Shown here: positions 1 through 36,715 of the stretch, piece after piece | Layout: each line of letters opens with the position of its first letter | How positions within the stretch are numbered: the first letter of the stretch is position 1 | Source of the DNA: Blastocystis sp. Blastoise | Lineage: Eukaryota; Protista; Bigyra: Opalinata | Direction of reading: 5' to 3' | Assembly: GCA_039096225.1 (NCBI GenBank) | Contig: JBBPEB010000025.1 | Span: 496,001-560,000, forward strand | Length of the DNA: 64,000 nt | Made by a program: the position numbers and the translations under genes | Notes under the pieces: model-generated | Databases searched by the model: none | Told to the model about the DNA's origin: nothing | What the model saw: only the letters and a program-made list of their open reading frames with translations

Positions 1-110
1 GAATCTTTTTTTGTGGTCAAACCACCCACTTTTTCTTTGTAAAAGATCAAAAGACTTTTAAAGTGATATTTCACCTTTATATTGACTATATATTTGATTT
101 TTAAATAAGA

Positions 111-918
111 ATGGCTGATCAAGCTCTTGAACAAAAGATTATAAAACAAGTTGAATTTTATTTTAGCGAAGCTAATTTAAAGAGAGATAAATTTATGCAA
201 ACTACTATTGCTAACGATGCTGATAAAGCTGTCTCCATCGACACTTTAATGACTTTCAATCGTTTAAAGAAACTCTCTGAAGATAAAAACGTTATCATTG
301 AAGCTCTTAAGAAATCTACTGAACTTACTGTACGTAGAATGTATTATTGTCGTTTTTTTTATCATTTTATTCTTATTTAGTTTTTTAACATATATTTTTT
401 AAAATTGAAATACGTTTATATTACCTATATGCTTTATGTAGTTAACTGAAGATTCTCAAAAAGTCAAGGCTACTGTTATTCCTACTCAAATTGAAAAGAA
501 TGCTAATTTATGTGTTCATCTTCGTGGTTTCCCTTTAAGTTGTAATCTCGATGATATTCTTAAGGGATTAGAACCTTATGGTGCTGTTCAATATATTGAA
601 ATGAGAAGATTTAAAAATAAAGATTTTAAGGGAACTGTTAATGTTGAATTTAAGACTGAAGTATATTTATATTTATTTTGTTTATTATATTTATGCTTAT
701 TTTGATTATGTTTATTATTATGATTATTATTATTATTATTATATATATATATATAGGAAGAAGCTAAGGCCTTTTTAGAAAAGACTATTATGTTTGCTGG
801 ACAAGAAATTACTGATAAATCACTCTTGTATATATTATTATTATATTTATTATATTTATTATTATTATTATATATATATATATAGATCTACTCACAATGA
901 AGAAAAGAAGAAGGCTGC

Positions 919-984
<66 letters not shown>

Positions 985-1541
985 TATAGTCTAAATATGC
1001 TATGCGTCCTAATTCTCTTCTTAAACTCACTGTTGAACCTGATGTTACTAAGGAAGAAATACTTACTATATTAGAACCATATCAATGGACTAATTTCTTC
1101 TTATATTTTATTCAAGGTGATAAGCATTGTATTGCTAGATTAGAAAATAAAGATAAATGTGAAGAAGCTAAAGCTCAATTATTAGATGTTCTCGTTAAAG
1201 GAAAGAAAATACGTCCTTTTATTTTAAGAGGTATATATATATATATATTATTATTATTATACTTATTATAATAAGTATAATCATAATAAATAATAAGTAC
1301 AATAAGTATAAGTATAATAATAATATATATAGGTAAACAAGCTAATGATGCCTGGTCTAAGGTTAAAGCTGCCATGCAAGCGGAAGAACAACAAGCACAA
1401 GAACCTAAAGAAGAACAACCTGCTTCTGTTAAGAGACCTGCTGAAGAAGAAACTGTTGAAGATAATAAGAAGACCAAACAAGAAGAAGAAGAAAAACCAA
1501 CTGAACCAGAAGCTCCTAAAGAAGAAGAAAAACAAGAATAA
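111..1541 (+). CDS. SSB: La/SSB-like RNA-binding protein (La motif + RRM1 + putative RRM2, acidic C-tail), multi-exon
   Basis: Exon 1 has the La motif KIIKQVEFYFSEANLKRDKFM...LMTFNRLKKLS. After intron 330-441, exon 442-660 encodes the RRM CVHLRGFPLSCNLDDI...KDFKGTVNVEF. Further GT-AG exons follow; stop TAA 1539-1541. Confidence 0.9.
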
Positions 1542-1855
1542 ATATATATTCCAATCATAAATATATATATATATATCTTTTTTTAAATAATTCTTTTCGA
1601 GTGAATTCTTTTATACTTATTTTTATAAAATTAATATATTGTATGTAATGCTTTGATTGTTATAAAAGTAATATCTCATTTATATTGTATTGTTTTATGA
1701 TTCCTTATATAAAATATATATTTCTACAAATAAAAATGATACACAACTTTCAGCAAAACAATTTCGTCATTAATTAATTTGACCAGAAACAGAATTCTTT
1801 TTTGCCAGTCAAATTTCTCAATTTTTTTTATAACTATTTTGACGTTTAATTCTGA

Positions 1856-5687
<3,832 letters not shown>

Positions 5688-6744
5688 TTAGTTTTGTTTT
5701 ATGTATATATATTTTGATAATATGATAGTATAATGTATAAAAACCAAAAATAGTAGCTTTCATTTATATTTATAAAACTTCATAACTATATAAAGATAAA
5801 AAACGTTTATATAGTTCATTTAAAATAATATATAAAGAGAGAATTTTTTTAAAATTTCAAGAAAAAGCTAAGAATAATCTTAACCAAACTACTATCTGAT
5901 AGTTAAAAACTTAAAATTAATTAATATATATATTCAGAACAATACTAAAATCTAGTTAAAACTATAAATATACAATTTATAAAAAATATAGCTTATATAT
6001 TTATTATATAAATAATATTTATATATAAAAACCACTCCAAAGGGAAATAAAATAATAAATTAAAAAGAGAAAAATTATATAATTTATATATATAATAATA
6101 AAAAATTAAAAAAATAAAATGGAAAAAGAAACAACTGACTAAGGAATACAGAAATGATACTCATTATTATTATTCAATGATAATAAGAATAAGAATAGTG
6201 AATAAAGACTATTTTAATATATAATATATATTGATCGAAAAAAATAAATGAATTTTCAATATATATATTTATATATGTTTAGGATATAAAAAACAAAATA
6301 AAAATGAAATGAATAAATGTGAAAAAAAAAGATGAGAATAAAATATCGCAGAGTTATATTGAATAACAATGAATAAATAATATATTTATATATTCATTAA
6401 AAACATTGTAATTAAAGAATCATTTAAAATGAAAATGAAAATGAAAATAAAAAAATAATCTAAAGAAATATATATTTTCTATTAATATATATAAGCAATA
6501 ATAAATAAAAGAAAAGAGAGTAATCTATAAAGGATCTCGAATAAAGCAAAACGCAATAGAAAAAAGTTAAAGAAATATATATATAAATATATAGAAGGAA
6601 AAGAAGAAAAAAAGAAGTTTGTTCTGAATGTTTATATAATGTTAATATATCTAGTTGTAAGATAAAATCATATATATATATATATATGATTTGTTTAAGA
6701 TAAAGTGAAATACAAGATGAAACAAAAAATATAAAAGAAAGTGA

Positions 6745-22498
<15,754 letters not shown>

Positions 22499-23268
22499 AT
22501 TTCTACAAGCTAATAATCTAATATATTTTTAAAAGAATATCAACAAAAATTGAGTTCTATACCATAAAAGTCTAATGAAAAGTGATATAGAATCAAAAAC
22601 ATGTTTAATATCTATTATTTAGATTTTTTTCATGAATAAGCATCAAAAATGAAAAATACTATTTGAATGTTTACCTGTATCTAACAAGACATTTGATTCC
22701 ATATTTAATAAAGGTTTTATGAACAATGATTGTGTCAATCATTCTTTATTTCTGAAGAAAATTCTCTTCGATTTCTTTGTTTTAATGTATCATTCATGTA
22801 AAACAAGTGTGAGACATTATGGAGATCTAAAGTGATTCTTTATTATTAATCTATCTGAAAAAACTGAAAAAATTCCTTTAAACACAACAAGAACAAGCGA
22901 TAACTATAGTTTTGAACAAAATAAAAAAATAAATATTATAAAAAAATGTATTTGAAATCTAATTCTATAAAGAAAACGATAAAAAAGGGATATATAAAGT
23001 ATTTACATATGCATAATAGAATCATTGAAATAAAAAAAAATTTCAGACCTTATTTAAAAAATAATAATATATAAAACTATATATATATATAGTTGATAAT
23101 TTTTATAGAAAAAAAAAATAGTATTAAAAATATATAGATATTTTAATAAGATGAATAATAGATGCAAAAAAGAGTCTATAGTGAAATAGAATAAAAAATA
23201 AAAAATAAAAAATAAAAAATAAAAAATAAAAAATAAAAAATGAGCTAGAATGTATAAATAATGAATAT

Positions 23269-23405
23269 TTATAATTTAAAAAATGTAACAATCTCAACAA
23301 TAATAGCTATAATGACAACAAGAATAATTGTGATTTTATTTTCTTGATTAAGAAGAGGTTGTTCTTTAACAGGAGTAATAGTAGTAGTAGTAGCAGGATT
23401 AATAG

Positions 23406-23440
<35 letters not shown>

Positions 23441-24653
23441 GTAATAGTATTAACAGGAGAAGATGAAATTGATGATTTTGTTTCTTTTATAGATTTATCT
23501 TTATTGATTTCACGAATAGCAGCATTTAAAATAGTTCTTGGATTAATAATATCTTCTACTTCAGATATCATTTTATCAATATCTTCTTGCTTTTCAGGTA
23601 CAAATTCAAATATACCTTTTTCTAAAACAAAGAAATAAAATAGTATTTATTTATTTGAATAATTATTTATAATTAAAAATATTACGATATAAAGATAGTA
23701 TAAATAATATATAATTATAATATGAATATATATAATATAAATGTACATAATAATAATATGAATAAAAAAATATATATATAAATATAAATAAAAAATTAAA
23801 AAAGCAAATATATATAATAACATATACCTTCTCTAGTAGAGCAGTCATCTTTTTCTGTTTCAGAAATAATCAAAGAAGCAGCAATAGAAGGAGGTAACTC
23901 TATATATATATATATATATATATCATTATATATATATCATTATAAATCATATTTTTTATTTTTTTTCAAGAATTAAAAAAAATAATAATAATTGATATAT
24001 ATATAATAAAGAATATAAAAAAAAAATACTTAAGTCTTTATCTTTATCTTCAAGGAATGGAAGAGTATATTTCATTCCTTTCTTCTTACCAATAACACAT
24101 AGTAATAATAATGTATCAATGATCTTTTTTACCTACATATATATATAAAATAGTATAAGTATAAATAGCACAATTGTAGCCTTAGAATATAATAATAATA
24201 TTAAAAATAAACAGATTATACATTTCGTTGTAAGAAATAAGGTTCATAAAGGAAATAAGATGATTTTACACCCATTTTACTGATTGTCTGATCAAATAAA
24301 AACAAGTTATGCCTTGCTTGCTCCGATTTCAATTGGGCTCCATTTTCCCATCCAAATATATGACATCCTGGAATAGTATCCAAAAATTGACACAAAACAA
24401 CACCATTAGCAAGAGAGAAGCATAAATCATGATCTACATCTTTCAACAATAAATTTGATAAATATTCAGCAAGAGAATCTTGAATTTCTTTTACATCATC
24501 ATAATCAACTAATCGGGATAGAATCGATTTCGTAATACGATGACGACCATTAGTACTTCTCAAACTAGGAACAGACACAAAATGTTCTCTATCAGGAAGC
24601 TCAGTAGCAACATCCTCCTGTAATTCTTCATTAGTCTCAGTTTCAATACTCAT
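23269..24653 (-). CDS. Calponin-homology (CH) domain protein with a C-terminal transmembrane anchor, 4 exons
   Basis: CH signature LAEYLSNLL..SLANGVVLCQFLDTIPG..ARHNLFLFDQTISKMGV..KKIIDTLLLL. The protein ends ITIILVVIIAIIVEIVTFFKL*. Confidence 0.8.
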
Positions 24654-25322
24654 AATTCAATCAATATATAAATTTTCTATACAATATTAAATGAAATAAA
24701 TTCAAATTTAAACAATGTTTTAAGAGTAACATGATTGCAATCTTTTTTATCATGAAAAGAATTTCATTTCTGGAAAAAGAGCAGTTTTCCTAAAAATTCC
24801 TCATTTCTATTGGCATCAGGAAAAAACAAGAACATAATGAAACTGTCTCTATTATGAAGAATCCAAAATTTCTCATTTCTACAAAACAACGTTTATATCT
24901 TTATTCTTATAATTTAACTTACTTTTTAATGATTATTTACTATTGAAAATTAGTATTTATTATTCAACTTAACTATTTGCGTATATATATACATACTCAA
25001 GAGAAAAAACAATTCATTTTGAATCATTGCCTCATTTCATTCTTATATTCTTTTAATTTTGGCTTTGTTATCTACATTCATGTATAAAGTTCTTAAATAT
25101 CATTTTCTTATTGCCATCATTATTTATTAATTATTTTAATATTCATACGTAACTAATGAAATATCAAATAAATTTAAAAAATTAGCATATAAAATTTATA
25201 AAATAAAAGAAATATAATAATAAAAAATTGTTTAAAAAATTAAAATATATTAAATATAAATTATACAAAATAAAATAAAAAAAATAAAAAAGATAAATAA
25301 AAGTATATTTATAGAAATCACA

Positions 25323-26970
<1,648 letters not shown>

Positions 26971-28543
26971 TAATGAAATAATGCTAATTAAATAAATATA
27001 TTTGTTTCCCCTTGTTTATTTTATTCTTTTATTATTCTTTTATTTCTTTATTATTCGCTTATTATACATATATAATTATTCATAATATTTAAAATAATTA
27101 ACATTAGATATGATCTACAAAAATATCTCAATAATTTCCAAAAATAGGTAACTCATTGTGGATCTTCGTTTCATTTTTAATTTAAAATAATGTATTGAAT
27201 ACTAATTAAAAATATAGAGTACACTACAAACAGATTTGTATGTCTAATCAATTTATATTTCTTACATAATTCACATTTTGATTGATAAGTCTCTTATTTT
27301 TAATATATACATTTTTATTTTTATTTATATATATTTATATGTTTGTATATGCTAACTATTATTTATCTAGAAATGAATTACTTAATTTCTTTGTAATCAT
27401 TCCTAATTTCTGACTGAATTTAGTACATTATTATTTATTTTATATCATAATTATAAAATATGCACCTATTACTCAAATAGAATATCTTCTATAGCCTACT
27501 GATGCAAAAAGCTCTCCTGTTCTTTCTATCTCCTTCTTCTCACTCTTCCATTTCTTTTTTATATTATTTTATTTTCATAGTTTTTTTACAATAATTTATG
27601 AAGATATCAAAATCATCATATTCATATAGATAATATATTATCATATATATATGATGAATAACAACTATTTTTGATATTTTATACAACATATATTATTGGT
27701 AATAGAAATGTATATTATTTATATGTTTCGCTTATATATTAATACGCAAATATATGAATAATTAAATATGATAATATTTTACCTATGATTAGTCCATAAT
27801 TCTCAAATAATATCCTTTGATTAATTATTTAAATTTAAATCTAATAAGAATTTAAATCATAAAATATTTTATTACTCTCAATGCATTTTGATAAAAATAG
27901 ATTTCTTACTAATATATATAATAATGTAATTATGATTAGATTTATTTGTATTTTTATTTAATTATATAACTAATACTTCATTATAAACTATTCTATATTG
28001 AAAATGAAAAATATATTTCAGTAAATAATACATTTTATTTTTTTTAGAACACTTTTTAGCGATTCTTTATATATAAACTAAAATATTATATAAAAAATAA
28101 TAAATAAAACATCAAAAATATTTAAAATCTCATTTATTTTCTTAATATACTAATAAAAATGTTTATCAAGAAGTCATTCACTTTTATATATTATATTTAA
28201 AAAATATTAAAAACAATTTTAATTATATATGAAGATGTTATTCAACTAATTATCATTATGTAGAAATATTTATAAAGTTAAAACTTCATAAATACTTTAC
28301 ATTAAACTCATAATACACATTAAATAGTATTCTATTATATGTATGTCATGTATATATGTTATAAGAAATATATTTTGTTTATTCATTAATATTTTTATGT
28401 TTTAAAATAAACCATGAAGAAATAGTAATAAAGTTTTATATATACTTTATATAAACGTTAATAAATAAAAAAATAATAATGACAAGAAATTGATAAAAAA
28501 AATATAATAATATAAGATATAAAAAATCTATATTTAAAAGAAT

Positions 28544-29997
28544 TTAATTGTCTTTTATAAGTTTATAATCGACATGATTTTCCTGAATAAATGTAGAATC
28601 CTGTAATTGTTGTTCGTATATATCAATTTGTTCAGTTGAAATATCACAACCTAAATAATATATTATCTATACAACAAATTATATATATATACCAATATAA
28701 AAAATAAATTCTTTCAGTTTAGGAATTTTTCCAGTAGTAATAAAATTGATAAGTTTTGACAATTGTTCCTCATCATAAATATCTATAAAAAAGAAATTTC
28801 TTATAAAAAATAAATATTAATATACATAAATTTAAGCTTCTTATATTTTGAGTTTTATTTTCATTTATACAATCAAATAATGTTTCTATCTCAAATGTAC
28901 TCATTGTTTCATCTATATATATAATATGTTATTATATAAATATATACCATATGTACCAATAATTGTATTTATAAATGAATTACTATCATATTTACATCGA
29001 AGAATAGAATAATTTGGGTCATATACACAATACTCATCATAATCAGAATCATAATAATATTCTATAGAATAACGATATTAATGAATATGAATAGAATCAT
29101 TTTATTTATGACATACCTCTTAATCGGACAATACTTGATAATTGAAAGTTATTATTATTCATATATCTATAAAATATATCAATAAAAGAACTCCACCATT
29201 TTCTATCGTAAAGGTCACCTATATATACATGTATTATTTTTAAAAAAATTACCTTTATATAAAGAAATGTGTATATATATACATATATATGATTCATAAT
29301 AGAGAAAAAAAAATATTATTAAAATATATACAAATATTGATAGATTTTAATTGAGGGAAATTATTTGTAGTATATAGTTTACAAAAATTATCATTTGGCA
29401 TATCATAAACTTCTAAATTAATATTCATAAAAAAATATTTGAATGAAATATAAAATATATTATAATTGAAATAATATGTATATTTAATATATTTACCTAG
29501 AAATAATTGAGTTGTTTTATGGAAACAACCTTTAGGAATTAATCGATTTAAAAGAGTCACAGTACAATCTATAACGAATAGTTAAATATATGTGAATAAA
29601 CTATCTTTACAAAGAATAATTATATAAATAATTACCTCTTATTGTAACAATAGAAGCCTTAGAAGTTAATTTCTCTAATATATTTTCACATGCTGTTAAA
29701 CATTCAGATGATGAATCTTCTTTGATAGAATATACTATATATATATTCATTATTTTATAATATAATATACAATTAATTCTTAATTTATGAATAGTATTAA
29801 ACGTATTATCATTAAAAAGAGTTGATATCCATGTTAAATATTCTACACTTATATCATCATCAACTATAGATATTAAACATAGAATAATAATATATTTAAA
29901 GAAAGAATATACATGAAACATATAAATAATTCAAATGTTTTAATATATTAGTATTTAAGAATCTTTCTAATGCATTTCTCACATCAATTTTATGTTG

Positions 29998-30035
<38 letters not shown>

Positions 30036-32498
30036 CATTATCATCTTTATCTTTATCTTTATCATCATTATCATCATCATTATCATCATCACTATTATCA
30101 TAATAATAATCATCATAATAATAATCATCATCATCTATAAATGAATAAGTATTATTAATATTATATATCAACCATGTATTTATTAATATATTTTATACAT
30201 ACCATTAAACATTATATCTAAACTATCAATATTTTGATTATTATTTTCAATAGACTCAAACAAATTAATATTTTCAGAACGAGAAGAATCAACTTTATAG
30301 AATAGTATATAAAATATATATATAAAAAAAATAGCAATCAAAAGAATAAAGAATATTTCATACTATAAAAATAATCATTTAAAATAAGATTTTTGGCTAA
30401 TAACTCTTTTAGATGCGGGAGAAAAAAAATAAAATCATCTATATATAAATAAACAAATATAATAAATTATATATATAGTATTATATTCTTAAATGTAAAA
30501 ATTTATATAATACACATAATTATACCATTTATATCAATATGAATTGAATGAGTATAAGCTATTTCATCTAAACGAAGAACTATTTCTTCTTCTTGATCAA
30601 AAACAATTTCATTTATACGTATAGTATCAATCATAGATATTAAACTAGCAGGAAATAGAGAATCAAAATTGTCAGTAGCTAAATTAAGAATAATAATTTA
30701 TTTATTAATATATTAATATACTTATTATAATGTCGTAATTGACAATATGTAGTTTGGGAAAGCATTCTTTCTTTATTAAAGATAATTGGAAATGTTCTAT
30801 AAATAATAATAACAATAATAAATATATATATATACCATTATTATCATCATAATAATCATCAAAATCACCATAAATTAGTTCACTAACATTAGGAAATACA
30901 TGTGTTGTCATTATTTTGTTAAATAAATTCTCATCAATTATATTTGCTAATCTTTTAACTATGCAGAATTATAATATTGATAATATTAATAATTTAAAAA
31001 GAAAATACTCCACTTAATACTGAATGTAGTTAATGAATCAAAAACACCTTCTTCAAATAATTTCATAAAAAACATAGGATCAATTTGATTATATAAATCT
31101 AAAATAAATTAGCATATTTATTATATAAATATTTATTTACATTCATTAAAAACAATTTTTGAAATACACAAATAGGAAGGAAGAAATAATAATTGAGATA
31201 TACCCAATTTAGAAGATACTGTATCAATACTATTTATATATTAATATAAAATAATATATAATTATTTACGTGAATGTTTTATCATTTGTTTTTTCTACAT
31301 AATAATAATAAAATATATGATTCTATAGTATATATATACCATCATAAATAATAATGACTTCATCATCAAGTGTATATTCATCTTCTATTTCATTAGTTTC
31401 TACACTTGAATAATCATTTGTATATAAAGCTTCATTAACGACATATCTATATAATTTAGGTAATTCATTCTTTTCTCTTCTTTCATTATAGGAATCAATC
31501 AAATCATGTGAATAATATAATTTATTCAGGTCTAAAGAAGAAATCTTATTATATTCATTCATCTCTGATTTAGTGTAATATTCATATATTTCAGGATGAC
31601 CTATTTTATAGTTATATTTTTTAAATAAGCGAATATATTCCATTATATATTCATCACTATTTGGATTCAACAATACATCAGTTTTCTTATAATGTGTAAT
31701 TACTATATGTATATTTATTATTATAAAATTATATATATACCAGTAATTGCTAATTTTTCTAATGAAGGGAATATATCTTTAATACATGATGGACATATAT
31801 ATTCTAATGGAATATTCGAAGAATAATCATCTATATATATATTATTATTTATATTATATTATTATATATATTTACATATAATTATAACTTTAGTAATATT
31901 CATCATTTTAATAAGAAGAGAATAATATAATAATTCATTTTTTCTTTTTGATGTAAATAAGTCTATATATGTATATATTATAAATATTATAAATATATAT
32001 ATACCATAATATATTTTTTTCTCTTCTAAATTGAATAAATCCATAGGCATATATGATTTGACATAGTTATAACGATATCTATCTACATGACAATTATTAT
32101 TTTTCAAATATTTATAGAATAATTCTTCTATATGAAATAATAAATCACTTTGAATTTCTTTATCGATCGTAACTGAGTATTCAAAAAGTGTTTTATATAT
32201 ATCATAACTTTCTTTCAAATCTAATGAATCAATATCCATGTTTTCTTCCATTAAAAAAGAAATCACTTGTTCAATATGAAAAGGAAGCATATCTATATAA
32301 TAACTTCCATCATCATATTTCTCAGAGTGCTCAATAATATTATAAAAGGGAAATTGAGGATACTTCTCAATAAATTCTTTTGGAATCCACAATTGCGTCT
32401 CATCTTGGAATGTAAATAAATCTAAAAATAGATTAAGGTATTATTAATAATATTCAAATACATTTCTCTTCAGTTAATTGAAATTCTGTTGTTGACAT
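28544..32498 (-). CDS. Lineage-specific protein with a BTB-like N-terminus and degenerate LRR-like FPxLxxL repeats, multi-exon
   Basis: ATG at 32498, a 40-nt first intron at 32422-32461, then FTFQDETQLWIPKEFIEKYP..DDGSYYIDM. Repeated motifs FPSLEKL, FPNVSEL, FPKLHIV, FPQLKSI and IPKLKEF follow; stop 28544-28546. Confidence 0.6.
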
Positions 32499-35400
32499 TA
32501 CTTGAATTCAACTATAATTAGAGAAGGATAATATGTTATTATTCTTAAAAGATATACCTTGATTTAATCAATAAATAAATATCCTAAAGTTGCTGAATAT
32601 AGTCTAATTATCATAAAACATTGAAATAAGAAAGAATAAAACTTGGAAAACCTTTGAAAAAAACTAATGAGAATTTTGTAAAAATTACTCTATTGAACAT
32701 CAACTTTCGCGGTTTTTATTCAGTCTTTTTCAGATAAACTTATTTGAGATTCATATTAAATTTCAGAAACAACACATTATTCACTTTTTAAAGCATATTA
32801 TCTGTATTCACTTAAAATGAGATTCTCTTTATGTTTCTATTATAGTATAGAATACATTTATTCTCAATAAAATGAAAGATAATTGTAATTATGTCAATCA
32901 AGTTGAAGAAATGGAGTATATACTTTGTTTAGGTTATTGGAATTAACTAGAAAAATGTTACTACTATCAAATCATTAATCATTCTTTCAAACATTATATT
33001 TTTTTAAAACAGATTAATAAAAATGAATAATATTTGTCTTAAAATATCATTTAGATATCTATTAAGATGTGAAACATAGTCTTATATATGAAATGATTAT
33101 CAAAGGAACATCACTCGTATATTCTGAAGTGGAATCACATTAAAAGTATCTGCTTTCTTCAGCAAATCTTATTATTATATTCAAAATTCTCTACTCTTTT
33201 CTTTATCAAAATCAAGCTTATTAATTAGTCTTATCTTCCTTGAATCCTTAGATTAAATGAAATACGTTAAAAAACATAGATATTATTTATGCTATTAATG
33301 CATATATTATGAAATACATTTCTTTCTATATCATTATACAGATATTCAATTTTTTTTTATTTAGCTTATTTCTAAAAATCTACTCATTTAGTTCTTTCCA
33401 TCAATTATAATCATAAAAACATATTTTAACAATATTTTTAAACATATATTTATATTATATTTATTATAATAATTTTCTATGAACTCTATGATAAATAAAA
33501 TATGTATTTGGATACTTTTTAATATATATAAATAACCTATTAATACTATTACTATGTATAAAATATATTTTTAACTTTAACAATAAAAGAAAATAGAATA
33601 TTTACTCTCTTAATTAATATTAATAAATCTATAAAAAAATATATAAATAATAATAATATAATAAAAAATAAACTAACCACACTATCTTAAACAAAACTAT
33701 TTATCATTTTCTTGTCATATCACTGTAAAGATTTGCTTTATTACAATTATCAACAAATATAATATAAAAAAGTTGTTTAGTAATGATTATATCATTTCTT
33801 ACTCATAAAAGATAAGTTTAACTGAAAGTGATACTAAAATATAGTCATAAAAGTGAATAAAGTCTTTGAATATCTTATTAGAATACATAATATAACACAT
33901 TATTAACTATGTTAACAAAAACATATATAATAGTACCATTTTATTTTTTAAAAGTAATCATTACTTTAATTGGTGTGAAATATCTGTAAATCTTATAAAA
34001 TTGAAATTTAGTATATTTATTAATACTTATTACTTTCACTTAAATTATTCATAAAATATAACTATCATAATAAGATATAAATTTAAAATAACAAAACAAA
34101 AAATTAAAGTTAAATCTCGAATAATAAATAGAATAGATAATTATATAGAAATGGAAAGATATATATATATATTTTAATATATATATATAAAGATTAGTAT
34201 CAATATCAAGAAATCTATGAATAGAAAGCATAAAAAATTATTAAGTAATACCAGAAGATATATCAAGAAATAAAAAAGATATATCTATAGTATTTGGAAA
34301 TAAAAAAAGAATTATGATAATAGTATTAATGATGATATAGTGTTTCTAATGTATATAAATAATAATAACAATACTAGATAATGATTTGAAAAATTATATA
34401 TGATATAAAGTAATATAAATATAGTCATAAAAAATAATAAAAAATGAATAAAAATAATAATATAATAAACCTCTATTTCAAAAGAAAGTCAATGATGAAA
34501 GAGAATAAGAAATAGAACTAAGAAGATGAACAGTTATTAGCAAGTATACATATATATATAATAAAATATTTTATATAATAATTGTTTATTATTCACTTTA
34601 TATACAAAAACTATTGTGTACAGAAGATACATACGATAAAAAATGTAATATATAAAAGGTTAAATAAAATTCTAGTATATAAGAGTAATTTATGGATTAT
34701 ATTATAAATAATTAAAACTAAATAACAATAGAAACATTAAAGATATAAAGAATAAAGAGATATCTTAAAAGAAATAATATCATTGGAGTATATATATTGA
34801 AAGAAAACCATACATTTATTTTTAAACCAACAATAATAGTATTCATTTGATAAGAATAACATAATTGAGTAAAAGTGTAGTAAAAGATATGGTTTTCTTT
34901 AGTTGATTAGTTAATACATTTTCATTGAAATAATTGGAAACAGTGTCATATTCAAATAAAAAAATATCAGGTAAATTATGTGAGAAATAATAAGTTTTAT
35001 GTTCTTTTCTAATATATTTGTCTATTATTTATTTAAAAAAAGTGTTTTTTAATGAAGTAATTCTTTTCATTTAATGTAAAATAGTTCATTTTTTAAATAG
35101 AATATATATATGTGAAAAGATTAATAATAGTTCGTAGTAATAAAATCTTTTTAAAAGAATAATTTAGACACTATTTACTTTCTATATAGTTTTATACTCT
35201 ATTATTTAATATAGTTGAAAACTATATTTAAAAACTATATTTAAAAATAGAATTCTTGCATAGATTATAAATAGCTATTTAAAATATGATTAGACATTTA
35301 TATTATCCAAACTCTTATTTATATATCTTTTTTATATATAACTAGTGATTTTTGAATAATAAATATATAATTCTATAAGTTTATTGCCTTTTTACTTTTC

Positions 35401-36715
35401 TCAATTTGTTTTTTAATAATGCTATTATGTATGTATATATTTAAATAATTAATCACATATATATTCTACTAGTTTTATTATATGAATATATTTTTAAATA
35501 TTTCTATTAAATATATTAACGATTAGTGTTTAAAAAATAAATAGTATTATCTGTTAAATTTATGATACTGACATATATTGTTTAATTTATAGAATACTAT
35601 AAAACAATTAATTATATATATATTTAAGTTTTATAAAAACTATTTATAAACAAAATTCAATAGAAATCAATCATCTATTAATTAATAATATAGTAAATAA
35701 ATATATAAAATAATTTAAATACTAAAACATATTAATAAAATAATCTTATTTATATAATATAATAGTTATAAAATTGTTATAATAATTCATAATATATAAA
35801 CATGATTTCTTCCTATACTTCATAATCTTCTAGTATAAAAAGATTCACCTTCTATGAACAGCCAATATTTACAAATAAAGAATACTCTTTATTAGTATTT
35901 GAAATACTAGAGTGATTTGCAATACAAGAAGCTTTTATATTACTATAACATCCTCTTTTATTTCTATATTATCACTCATATAATCAGTATAATATAAATA
36001 ACAACATATACTACTTTTTTATTACTATTAGTATAATCATAGTTCGTTTGAGGAATACCAGGTTCGTTTCTTAAAATAGAAGCTCTATTAAAAATAAATT
36101 CCAAACAATATAATATATACTGAATATTCTATTAAAATGAAATTTGTAAATATACTATATGAATTATAACAACTTTGATCTGTATATCTTCCAAATTTAT
36201 TCATATAATTATCATGATCTAAATGTTTAAGTCACTGTTACACCTTTATTATCATAATAGTTATAAAAATCATCTTTAGAATACTTATATTCACTTGTTC
36301 TTTATAAATAGAATAAAAAAATATTAAATCACACCTAACTAATAATCTCCTTTTCTTTCCCTTATCAAGTCAATTTTGTAATTGATAATCTATATTCTTA
36401 TTATAAAGAATTGAATTAAAAAAAATGAGGTTTTATATTTAAACATTATTTCAAGATAATAAAAGAAAATAAATAGAATTTTTATTGCCATAACAACTAC
36501 TTTTAAATTTATTTATTAAATAACATCACAAATAATTCTTACGAATTGATTATTTTTCTTAAAATATATATATATTATAACTACTCACAATAACAAAACA
36601 AAAAAATATATATTTAAAACAAATCTTAATATACTCCATATATAAAATATAATAGAATATATATATATAAAATATAATAAAAATATAATTAAAAAATAAA
36701 TTATTAAAAATTCAT

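Noticed and set aside
32500-36700. 4.2-kb ORF-free interval as a hidden gene or transposon
   Set aside because: I found no consistent exon chain, terminal repeats or recognisable protein remnants by eye.
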